Of a stretch of DNA of 64,000 nt, positions 29,522 through 38,265 are shown one piece after another. The DNA is taken from positions 1,568,001 to 1,632,000 of the forward strand of contig OZ244042.1 in the NCBI GenBank assembly GCA_965215015.1, given 5' to 3'. This DNA is from Candidatus Poribacteria bacterium (GTDB lineage Bacteria > Poribacteria > WGA-4E > PCPOR2b). The notes under the pieces were generated by a model that saw only the letters and a program-made list of their open reading frames with translations, was not told where the DNA came from and made no database searches. How positions within the stretch are numbered: the first letter of the stretch is position 1; every line of letters begins with the position of its first letter. The position numbers were made by a program, and so were the translations under genes.

Positions 29522-30583
29522 TTATAGGTTATCCCCAAAGAGGAGTGATGTATCCTCATTGGTCATCGTTTCAACCCGGTTTTGTGCATATTTGCAATAT
29601 TCTGGGTTAATATCATAGCCGATGAAATGCCGTCCAAGTTGTTTACAGGCAACAGCTGTGGAACCAGACCCGATGAAGGGGTCTAACACGACATCGCCAG
29701 GGCGTGTGAGAAGGTACAAAAACTCCTCAACAATTTTTACGGGATAAATTGCCGGATGCTTAATTCCTTTAATTGACTCAACGGAGTGCTCTAGCACATC
29801 CCGTTTGAGTTTGTTGCCTCGTAACCGAATAAGCGTGAAACCTTTTTTTTTAATCTGAATCTTACGTCCGCCCTCCTGCCCGCCAAATGCCTCTGCGTGG
29901 ATACCCCGAATTTTCATCCGTAATCCGGCGATTTCGCCGCGGCGAACTTCTTGGATTGCCTTTTCCAAAGCAAGACGTGCGTTATGTTTTTCGCTTTCGG
30001 ATAGATCTGATTGATTAATCAACTCGAAATACTTCTGCCCCACATTCATCCCTTGCGCGCGCAATTTTTGGGGAGTAGCCTCGTTTGCCATGAACGCATC
30101 GGGATTGTAAAAGTAGTCCGCTGTCTTGACGAAATGGAAGAACGGCTCGGTGCTGCTGACCAATCGGCGTCGAAACTGACGCGGCGTTGGATTTTTCTTA
30201 ATCCAAGTCACATCGTTGACCAGTTTCACCAATCCTGTTTCCGTCGCCCTGATCGCAAAGCGGTACGGCACAAGGAGCAAGCTACTATCTTCGTACTTAT
30301 CCCCCAAATTGAACACAAGGCTTCCATCATCTGCCACAACGCGCACGCACTCACGGAACAAGGATAACAAGCTATCAAGATATTCCTCCAAACACCCCTC
30401 GTTGCCCATACCCCCACCGTAGTCGCGTTGTTGGAAATAAGGGGGTGAAGTAATAACGAGTTGAACAGAGTGATCCGGGAGTTGTTGAATCAACTCTATA
30501 TTATCACCGCGCAAAATCTGATCGAGCGGGAGGTCATCGGTAGTGTTTCTATATTGCAAAATTCTGCCTCTTAACACAACCAA
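29522..30583 (-). CDS. Beta-class DNA methyltransferase (SPPY, probably m4C), orphan
   Basis: N-terminal TSPPY, HPAIYP, C-terminal DPFIGSGS. Confidence 0.92.
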   Translation of the reverse strand: MVVLRGRILQYRNTTDDLPLDQILRGDNIELIQQLPDHSVQLVITSPPYFQQRDYGGGMGNEGCLEEYLDSLLSLFRECVRVVADDGSLVFNLGDKYEDSSLLLVPYRFAIRATETGLVKLVNDVTWIKKNPTPRQFRRRLVSSTEPFFHFVKTADYFYNPDAFMANEATPQKLRAQGMNVGQKYFELINQSDLSESEKHNARLALEKAIQEVRRGEIAGLRMKIRGIHAEAFGGQEGGRKIQIKKKGFTLIRLRGNKLKRDVLEHSVESIKGIKHPAIYPVKIVEEFLYLLTRPGDVVLDPFIGSGSTAVACKQLGRHFIGYDINPEYCKYAQNRVETMTNEDTSLLFGDNL

Positions 30584-30596
30584 GTAGAGGTTATTT

Positions 30597-30956
30597 TTAG
30601 CTCATATCTACAACCCAAATCGCTTCTCGCATCACTGTTGAATAAAATCTTCGCTGGCGAAGTTCGTTCCATTCTGCCTGAGTATAGATTAATAGATCGA
30701 CAGGGACCGGCAGTGCTGTGACATTCCAACTGACACTTCGTCTTTCAAAAGGCAGGTCGGAGTGTTTGACAATGACGAGGAGATCGAGATCGTTTCCTAC
30801 TCCCCAATCTCCCCGTGCGTAAGAACCAAAATAGCCGATGCGGACCACATCTTTTCGGTTTTGATTGATGTGTTCTGCCCAACGCCGCACCGCTCTATCA
30901 ACGGTTTGCGCGTCCGGCCATTTGAGCACGGGCGAATTCAATAATCTCACGGGCAT
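30597..30956 (-). CDS. Minimal nucleotidyltransferase (MNT)
   Basis: FGSYARGDWGVGNDLDL, PVDL; ATG 30956. Confidence 0.88.
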   Translation of the reverse strand: MPVRLLNSPVLKWPDAQTVDRAVRRWAEHINQNRKDVVRIGYFGSYARGDWGVGNDLDLLVIVKHSDLPFERRSVSWNVTALPVPVDLLIYTQAEWNELRQRRFYSTVMREAIWVVDMS

Positions 30957-31302
30957 GTCGAATTGCCACCTCACTTTGCAGTGGACCGTAGTGTTCAAAG
31001 GGAGCACCTGTTGAATGACCATTCGGATAACGGGAGGGAATATAAAAGTTATCCAAAACACGTCCCTTTTCAACCAATAGCTCTGGCACATCAATGGTTT
31101 CCGGTAACTCCTCAATTAGCTGGGCGATGACATGGCCCCACGCCTCCTGTCCAGTGTGGGGGTGTAAAGCCTTGATCGCTTTCTCTGCTGCCTGTTGTGC
31201 AGCGAAACACGCCCACTCATGTCGATCGGCATGAGTGGAATCCATCGCGTGCTCAAAATCTCTGTCAGCTTGCCTCAACCAGTCTAGGGCGCGATTTGGC
31301 AT
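30898..31302 (-). CDS. HEPN domain protein of a HEPN-MNT pair
   Basis: WLRQADRD, ACFAAQQAAEKAIKA, GH, YIPSRYP. Confidence 0.92.
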   Translation of the reverse strand: MPNRALDWLRQADRDFEHAMDSTHADRHEWACFAAQQAAEKAIKALHPHTGQEAWGHVIAQLIEELPETIDVPELLVEKGRVLDNFYIPSRYPNGHSTGAPFEHYGPLQSEVAIRHAREIIEFARAQMAGRANR

Positions 31303-31314
31303 TATTCTAATTCT

Positions 31315-31890
31315 TTATGGATGCTGTCTATAAAATGAAAGCGTTGTGCCACCATACTGTTCTTGGCGACTTAAAACCAGCTCATCTAGTATCAAAGACT
31401 CGGTCCAATCGGTCCCCTGAACCTTCCGATGTTCAATAACGAGCACCCCGGCTGGCGAAAGTAGACCTGCCTCCGCGATCTGCCTCAAGCAGGATTCGTG
31501 AATCTTAGAGGCGTATGGCGGATCAAAGTAAATGAGGTCAAACTTCGCTTTATGTTTGCCGAGCCGGGCAAGTGCTTTCTGTGCGTCAAGGTGGATGACC
31601 CTGACATGCGGATGCTTGCGGCCAAACCCACACATTTCAAGATTTAACCCGACAACCCGGATGCAGTGATAATTGCTATCAATAAAGGTGGTGGATTTTG
31701 CGCCTTGGCTCAAGGCTTCGAGACCGATGCTTCCAGTTCCTGCACAGAGGTCAAGAAAATCGGCACCGACAACCTGTTCACCAAAGATACGAAATAACGA
31801 TTCTTTGACGCGGTCGGCAGTGGGTCGAACTTCTAATCCTTTAAGTGTTTTTAAGCGTCTGCCTTTGAATTTTCCAGCGATGACTCTCAT
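31315..31890 (-). CDS. rsmD: 16S rRNA m2G966 methyltransferase
   Basis: MRVIAGKFKGRRL, RPTADRVKESLF, DLCAGTG, DPPY. Confidence 0.95.
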   Translation of the reverse strand: MRVIAGKFKGRRLKTLKGLEVRPTADRVKESLFRIFGEQVVGADFLDLCAGTGSIGLEALSQGAKSTTFIDSNYHCIRVVGLNLEMCGFGRKHPHVRVIHLDAQKALARLGKHKAKFDLIYFDPPYASKIHESCLRQIAEAGLLSPAGVLVIEHRKVQGTDWTESLILDELVLSRQEQYGGTTLSFYRQHP

Positions 31891-31948
31891 CCTGCAACCT
31901 TGATGACGCTTTGAAACTTGGTAGGTAATGTAACAGTAACACAGGCAG

Positions 31949-31977
31949 ATTATACAATAGCGACCTTTGCACGTCAA
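31949..31977 (-). promoter_or_regulatory. sigma70 promoter of rsmD
   Basis: TTGACG-17 nt-TATAAT. Confidence 0.6.
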
Positions 31978-32132
31978 CCCAAAACCGAGAAATGCACATA
32001 AGGGCATATCGGTGGCTTCAAATCTCGCTAATTTCTACGATACCAATCAGCTCAAAAAAGTATTCTCTAAAGGTCTGTGCGGGAAACCGATACTCGAATT
32101 TAGGTGTTGAATCTCGACCGTTATAGTTTATA

Positions 32133-32495
32133 ATAACGCAAATTACTACCTGCCGTTCCCCTGAGACTGTTTTGGTTCATTGGTTGATTGAACTGATGAA
32201 CCTTTACATTGCGCTCCGCTGGAACGAAAATTATTATAACGCAAGTCGCGATTCGGAGGGCACCCCCCCCACCGTCTGTTTTGTGTAGGAGAGAATTCCA
32301 ATTCCCAGTTTTTGATGCTTCGTTTATCAACCAGCAACTTACCTTATAATATCGGCAAGACAGATTTATGCAACGTATTAAAACCTTCATCGTTCATGTT
32401 AAGAAATCGTGCAACAGCAACCGAGTTTTTTCGACCTCCCTCCGTTCCCTCGCTTGCGGGAGGATTACAGGGGGTAAGCGAGGGGAGAGGGCGGC
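32133..32495. repeat. Cluster of degenerate family-B ends and REP-like modules
   Basis: ATAACGCAA at 32133 and 32236; AGCAACTTACCTTAT 32333; CCCTCGCTTGCGGGAGG ~32447. Confidence 0.5.
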
Positions 32496-32568
32496 TTCTG
32501 TTCGTGTTTTGCACTCTCTTTTTGCATGAGTGACCTTCATGAGATTGGTTTCGTAAAGGGAGAAACGA

Positions 32569-33288
32569 ATGAGAAAAAAAATATCGCGTGAGACGCTTAA
32601 TCTTCTCTTGATTCCCAGTACCGCGACCTTGACTTCGGTGCTGCGACAGCATGGCATCACCCGTACCTTTATGCAGGGTGTCGCGCCGCTACGACCCGAT
32701 ATGAAGATGGCCGGGGCCGCGTTCACCCTTCGGTACATACCGATGCGCGAAGATTTGGATCCGGGCATAGTTGATAACCTGAAGGATGTCCAACGTATCG
32801 GGATTGAGCAGATTAGCGAGGGAGAAGTCTTGGTTATTGATGCACGAGGAGATACCCGCGCAGGCACAATGGGGTCAATCCTTGCTACACGCGTCCATTG
32901 CCGTGGCGCAGCGGGTATTGTGACTGATGGTGCTTACCGTGATAGTCCAGCCATCGCTGAACTTGGCATTGCGGCTTATGCAACAGCGATGAACGCCCAC
33001 ACCAACAAAACGGTACACCATCCGAGCGAGATTCAGGTGCCAATTGCTTGTGGCGAGGTAGCGGTGTACCCGGGGGACATCATCGTTGGTGACGAAGAGG
33101 GTGTCGTCGTAGTGCCGGCAGAACTAACAGAGCAGGTGGCACAGACCGCTGTCGAAATGGAGGAGAAGGAGGAGTTTATCACGGAAAAAATACAGACAGG
33201 AGCAAGCATTGTCGGTGTCTATCCGCCGGATGAAAAAACGTTGGCTGAATATGAGGAGTGGAAAAGGAGGAGGGGCAACCGAAATTAA
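32569..33288 (+). CDS. RraA/HMG-aldolase family protein
   Basis: VIDARG, GIVTDGAYRD, VYPGDIIVGDEEGVVVVP. Confidence 0.9.
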   Translation: MRKKISRETLNLLLIPSTATLTSVLRQHGITRTFMQGVAPLRPDMKMAGAAFTLRYIPMREDLDPGIVDNLKDVQRIGIEQISEGEVLVIDARGDTRAGTMGSILATRVHCRGAAGIVTDGAYRDSPAIAELGIAAYATAMNAHTNKTVHHPSEIQVPIACGEVAVYPGDIIVGDEEGVVVVPAELTEQVAQTAVEMEEKEEFITEKIQTGASIVGVYPPDEKTLAEYEEWKRRRGNRN

Positions 33289-33299
33289 AGTAAGCCCTT

Positions 33300-33620
33300 G
33301 GCTTGGAAAAATCCTTTTAGCTGCTCCATCGCGGCAGATATAGAGCCAAAAGGTGTAGGTGTTATCTCCATACCTATTCATTACTTATTCATTCGATCAA
33401 ACTCGTCCACACGGAACTGGGCACTAATGTTGTTGAAAATTTTTAACGCCCCTGTTCCTTTGTAAATCTCCGCGGGTTCGTTGGTGATTTTGGCACCCAA
33501 CTTGAGTCTCCCATCGTTACCACTGCCGGTCAGGTCTGCGACCTTCTTTCCATCAAGCTGCTCATCAAACGAGAAATACAAAAGCATATTCGGATCTATC
33601 GCCGCAATAAGCGTTCTTAT
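33300..33620 (-). pseudogene. Decayed LamG paralogue
   Basis: Near-identical to the 5' part of 33805-34629; ATG->ATA, signal peptide deleted, 11-nt duplication gives a stop, 3' truncated. Confidence 0.85.
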
Positions 33621-33735
33621 TTTTAATACCTCCTTTGATTGTTTAATATGGAATTTTCATCAATTGAGCAGCGTACATCAGCAGATCCACCGGCAATCTA
33701 CCAAAATCAAGGCTATTCTCCAGCCCCAAATGATA

Positions 33736-33766
33736 TAGCCCCGATGGTCAAAATCCCTCGGGGCTA
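33736..33766. terminator. Hairpin after the LamG array
   Basis: TAGCCCCGA...TCGGGGCTA. Confidence 0.5.
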
Positions 33767-33804
33767 AAGGCGTCCGTATCTGGTTTAATATACTATTCCG
33801 AGTT

Positions 33805-34629
33805 CTATCGGTTAATGCCCGTTTTGAGACGGCCCCAGGTAGTAGTCAATTTTCGTTCGGGTTCAACCGACAGGAATTGTCCCTTGGCATCCATCACCAC
33901 TTCCTTTTCGGTTAGGGCGCGGTTATAAAGCCCAAACTCATCCATGGCAAAAGAAGCGGCTCGGATCCGCGATCCTCCGATACGAAGATGCCCCTTACCT
34001 TGGATGAAATCTCGTTTGACACCATATCTGGCTTCTTCTTTGCCGTCAATGTAGATTATTAGGTCCGTTGCCTTTTTGACCCCCGCTATGTGATACCATT
34101 TGTTCAGTTCAAACTTTTCACCCTTGCCACCGGGGCCAACTCCGTCACCCGCTACAGCCCCTTGGTCACCAAATTTATATGTAAGTGTTAGCCCCGGATC
34201 GGTCACATAGATGGCTGGCGCGTTACCTTTCGCATCACCAACTAAAATGTTGGCTTTTTGCAGAATGATTTCCTCCGGACAACACGGATCATTTCTAACA
34301 CCGTATACGTAAAGCCAAAAGGTGTAGGTGTTATCTTTATAGCTATCCATTTCCCTAAAGGACTCAACGAGGAACTGGGCACTAATGTTGTTGAAAATTT
34401 TCAACGCCCCTGTTCCTTTGTAAATCTCCGCGGGTTCGTTGGTGATTTTGGCACCCAACTTGAGTTTCCCATCGTTACCGCCGCCGGTCAGGTCTGCGAC
34501 CTTCTTTCCATCAAGCTGCTCATCAAACGAGAAATACAAAAGCATGTTTGGATCCAGAGCCGCCGGGGTAGAAAGAACCGTTATGGCAACAAATGTAGTG
34601 ATGAAACTTACCGCAATAAGCGTTCTCAT
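33805..34629 (-). CDS. Secreted LamG-domain protein
   Basis: Signal peptide, LYFSFDE, WYHIAGV, MDEFGLYNRAL, SVEPERKLTTTWGRLK. Confidence 0.92.
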   Translation of the reverse strand: MRTLIAVSFITTFVAITVLSTPAALDPNMLLYFSFDEQLDGKKVADLTGGGNDGKLKLGAKITNEPAEIYKGTGALKIFNNISAQFLVESFREMDSYKDNTYTFWLYVYGVRNDPCCPEEIILQKANILVGDAKGNAPAIYVTDPGLTLTYKFGDQGAVAGDGVGPGGKGEKFELNKWYHIAGVKKATDLIIYIDGKEEARYGVKRDFIQGKGHLRIGGSRIRAASFAMDEFGLYNRALTEKEVVMDAKGQFLSVEPERKLTTTWGRLKTGINR

Positions 34630-34810
34630 TTTTAATGCCTCCTTTTATACCGATTTAGGTTGAATGGCCTCCAACTTAAGCTAACTGTTGTAACACTTCC
34701 TGCCCCCGATAAATCGGGAGTACTCTCAAAATCTGCCCGGTAGTTGAGGTGATCTAGACAACCCCGTCCAGGTGCTACGGATAAGCGTCAGCAAAGCTAA
34801 CACATACCTG

Positions 34811-35164
34811 TTGACGTACTCCCAAACCTAAAGGCTTGGGATTCTTCACTGTCTCTTTAGGATTGGAATTGTGCACCCAACGAGAGGAGCCATCGGCAGA
34901 TGGGCTTACCCCTTCTCCTGCAAGGGCTGACGCCCTCCACCCGATAGATATTAACCGCGGCATTGCGATCTCTATCTAACTGTGTATGGCAGTTTGGATA
35001 CTGCCATGTTCTATCTCGCGGATTCAACGCTTCATTGACAGCACCGCAAGCCGAACAGCCCTTACTCGTTGCCAATCTGTATCCCCACCTGAAAAGACGA
35101 GAGGTTAGATTGGAAGGTTCTGATAAATCCTTAAATGATAAACCCCGGCGATCCAGCAAATCAA
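34811..35164 (-). mobile_element. tnpB: IS200/IS605 relic: tnpB 3' fragment plus right end
   Basis: TSKGCSACG...PNCHTQLDRDRNAAVNI; right end GAATCCCAAGCCTTTAGGTTTGGGAGTACGTCAA. Confidence 0.85.
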
Positions 35165-35184
35165 CGCTTCAGAAATCCCATGGG

Positions 35185-36018
35185 TTAACGACCTGTTTTG
35201 AGATGACCCCAGGTGGTAGTCAATTTTCGTTCGGGCTCAACTGACAGAAGTACGCCTTTGGCATCCAACTTTACTTCTTGTTCGGTTAAGGCGCGATTGT
35301 AGAGTTGAAACTCATCCATGGCAAAAGAGGCTGCCCGTTGCCGCGTTCCACCGATGCGCAGGTGTCCTTTACCCTGAACGAAATCGCGTTGGACCTTATA
35401 CCTCGCTTCTTCTTTGCCATCAATATGGATTGTGAGGCTAGATCCCTGTTTAACCCCCGCGATGTGATACCATTTATTCAGCTCAAACTTTTCACCCTTA
35501 CCGCCGGGGCCGACCACCTCACCCGCTACAGCTCCCTGATCGCCAAATTTATATATAAGCGATAGACCCGGATCGGTCAGAAAGACCCCCGGCGCGCTCC
35601 CTTTGTCGGCAGCGTCTAGAACGTTGGCTTTTTTGAAGATACCTTCTTCTGCACAACACGGATCATTTCTGACACCGAAGATATAGAGCCAAAAGGTGTA
35701 GGTATTATCTTTATAGCTATCCATCTCCTTAAAAGACTCAACGAGGAACTGAGCACTAATGTTGTTGAAAATTTTTAACGCGCCCGCTCCTTTGTAAACC
35801 TCCGCGGGTTCATTGGTGATTTTAGCACCTAATTTGAGTTTTCCATCGTTACCGCCGCCGGTCAGGTTTTCGACCTTCTTTCCATCGAGCTGCTCATCAA
35901 ACGAGAAATACAAAAGCATGTTCGGATCTATCGCCGCCGGGGCAGAGAGAACCATCATGGGAACAAACGTGATGATGAAACTTATCGAAATAAATGTTAT
36001 AAATGTTCTCATTTTCAA
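35185..36018 (-). CDS. Secreted LamG-domain protein
   Basis: Close paralogue of 33805; ends SVEPERKLTTTWGHLK. Confidence 0.92.
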   Translation of the reverse strand: MKMRTFITFISISFIITFVPMMVLSAPAAIDPNMLLYFSFDEQLDGKKVENLTGGGNDGKLKLGAKITNEPAEVYKGAGALKIFNNISAQFLVESFKEMDSYKDNTYTFWLYIFGVRNDPCCAEEGIFKKANVLDAADKGSAPGVFLTDPGLSLIYKFGDQGAVAGEVVGPGGKGEKFELNKWYHIAGVKQGSSLTIHIDGKEEARYKVQRDFVQGKGHLRIGGTRQRAASFAMDEFQLYNRALTEQEVKLDAKGVLLSVEPERKLTTTWGHLKTGR

Positions 36019-36097
36019 TTCCTCCTTTTATACCCATTTAGGTTAAATGGCACGGAACTTAAGCCAACTGTTGTAACATTATCAGAAGTCCCATCGG

Positions 36098-36970
36098 TTA
36101 ACGACTAACTTTGATATTGCCCCAAGTAGTTGTTAATCTTCTTTCGGGCTCGACCGATAGAAGTATACCTTTGGCGTCCAACTCCACTTCTTTTGCAGTC
36201 AAGGCACGATCGTAAAGAGAAAACTCATCCATGGCGAAATGGGCGGAACGCTCCCGTGTCCCACCGATACGAAGGAGTGCCTCGCCTTGAACAAAGTCTC
36301 TCGGGACATCATATCTGCCTTGCTCTTTACCGTTGACATAGATTATCAACTCGTCCGCCTTTTTGACACCTGCGATATGATACCATTTTTTCACTTCAAA
36401 CGCTGTGCCGTTGCCCCCGGGACCGACGATTCCCTTCGCGCCTATAGCCCCTTGGACCCCGCCACCCCCTTTATCCTCAAATTGATATATAAGGGCTAGC
36501 GGCTCCTCCTGAATAAGTATGCCCGGTGCCCAACCTTTCACATTACCTTCTAGCACTCTGCCCTTTTCCAGAATGCTTGCCCTTCCTTCTCCACAGGTTC
36601 CACCACAATGTTCCCAATTCCAAGGCTTAGCGGTGTTACCGAAGATATAGAGCCAAAAGGTGTAGGTGTTATCTTTATACTCATTCATTCTCTTAAAGGG
36701 CTCGACACGGACCTGAGCACTGATGTTAGTGAATTTAACCGCCCCTGCTCCTTTGTAAATCTCTGCGGGCTCGTTGGTGATTTTGGCACCCAACTTGAGT
36801 TTCCCATTGTTACCGCCGCCGGTCAGGTCTTCTATCTGCTTCCCATCGAGCTGCTCATCAAACGAGAACCACAAAAGCATATTCGGATCTATCGCCGCCT
36901 CGCCAGAGAGAACCGTCATGAACAGAAACGTTGTGATGAAACTCGCCCCAATCAGCATTCTCATGTTCAA
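36098..36970 (-). CDS. Secreted LamG-domain protein
   Basis: Paralogue; ends SVEPERRLTTTWGNIK. Confidence 0.92.
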   Translation of the reverse strand: MNMRMLIGASFITTFLFMTVLSGEAAIDPNMLLWFSFDEQLDGKQIEDLTGGGNNGKLKLGAKITNEPAEIYKGAGAVKFTNISAQVRVEPFKRMNEYKDNTYTFWLYIFGNTAKPWNWEHCGGTCGEGRASILEKGRVLEGNVKGWAPGILIQEEPLALIYQFEDKGGGGVQGAIGAKGIVGPGGNGTAFEVKKWYHIAGVKKADELIIYVNGKEQGRYDVPRDFVQGEALLRIGGTRERSAHFAMDEFSLYDRALTAKEVELDAKGILLSVEPERRLTTTWGNIKVSR

Positions 36971-37030
36971 TCCCTCCTTTTCAAAATCTGATTATCCACT
37001 TCAATTGAAAAGCCTAAAAAAATTAAACTC

Positions 37031-37060
37031 ATTATATCACATCTATTGAATATTTGTCAA
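37031..37060 (-). promoter_or_regulatory. sigma70 promoter of the LamG array
   Basis: TTGACA-18 nt-TATAAT with TG. Confidence 0.6.
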
Positions 37061-37284
37061 AAAAAAGTAAATTTACGATCGACATCTGCAATTTTTGATA
37101 TTATAATTAATTATTGATGCTGTAATTCTCAGAAATTTGCAATGGAATGAGTAGATTCGCAGTGATTTTGGCTGCAGCATCACTTCGGTTGGTCAATGAG
37201 ATTCGCAAACGAATCGCCATTTGTGCGGACAATGTGTCGGCCTGTGCAAATTTCTGTAATAATCGCAAACAGGAGGATATTTAA

Positions 37285-38085
37285 ATGCAAAGGTTAAAGA
37301 TATTTCCATTCAGTGCCCTGGTCGTTATCTTTTTGATAGGCCTGTTGCCATCCTTGGGATACAGCCAGATCCAATTGGATGACCCACTCCTCGTATTCTA
37401 CTTCCCTCTGGATGAAGGCAAAGGGGACATAATAAAAGACCTCGGTCCCAACCAACTAGAGGGAGAACTTGAAGGGGGGCCAGCATGGGTAGATTCCGTA
37501 GATAAAAAATTTGGAACCTCTCTTTCGTTTATAGACGGTAAAGAGCAATCGGGGTTCGTGGCAGATGTTCCAGCCTTGGATCTCGGCGAATCTGATACCA
37601 CTCTCGCTGCTTGGGTTAAAACCGGCAAAGAGGAGGGTCAGGGATTTGTCTATATTAAGTGGGATGGCGGGGGTTGGTATATCAAGCTAAGGGATAAGAA
37701 ACTCTACACCCGATATCACATACCCGCCCCAGTCGGTTTCGGTGCTGAGATTCCCAGTAAAACAGAGATTTCAGATGACCAATGGCACCATGTTGCCTCG
37801 ATGCGTACAAACAAATCGACGGTTTCACTATTTATCGATGGCAAACTAGACCATAAAGATGACGCGGGTTCAGCAGCCGGTTCGGCTAATACCCCGGCCA
37901 ATTTGGAAATTGGCCGGTTTAAGGAAGAGCGTTTCTGGGATGGGGAGTTTGATGAACTTTTCCTGATGAAGAGAAATTTGACGCTCGACGAACTTCAACT
38001 GTTGATGGACGGCGAGTTTTTAGCAGTCGAATCGAAGGGGAAACTCCCCCTCACTTGGGGTAGTCTCAAAGCTGCTAGGAATTAA
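37285..38085 (+). CDS. Secreted LamG-domain protein (divergent)
   Basis: YFPLDEG, WHHVA, FIDG, FDEL; ends AVESKGKLPLTWGSLK. Confidence 0.92.
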   Translation: MQRLKIFPFSALVVIFLIGLLPSLGYSQIQLDDPLLVFYFPLDEGKGDIIKDLGPNQLEGELEGGPAWVDSVDKKFGTSLSFIDGKEQSGFVADVPALDLGESDTTLAAWVKTGKEEGQGFVYIKWDGGGWYIKLRDKKLYTRYHIPAPVGFGAEIPSKTEISDDQWHHVASMRTNKSTVSLFIDGKLDHKDDAGSAAGSANTPANLEIGRFKEERFWDGEFDELFLMKRNLTLDELQLLMDGEFLAVESKGKLPLTWGSLKAARN

Positions 38086-38265
38086 CAGGACAGTGTTGGA
38101 GATTTTTCGATAGTCCAGGTTTTACACTTAGCAGACGTGAAAATAGTAGGAAAACGGGCTGAATTTTGGGTTCGTTCTCACAACAAATTGCGGCGAGGAG
38201 CCTGCCGAATTCATTCGTGCAGATTTCTCGCCGCAATTTTTTATCTGCTGGGGAGAAATCCGCAA

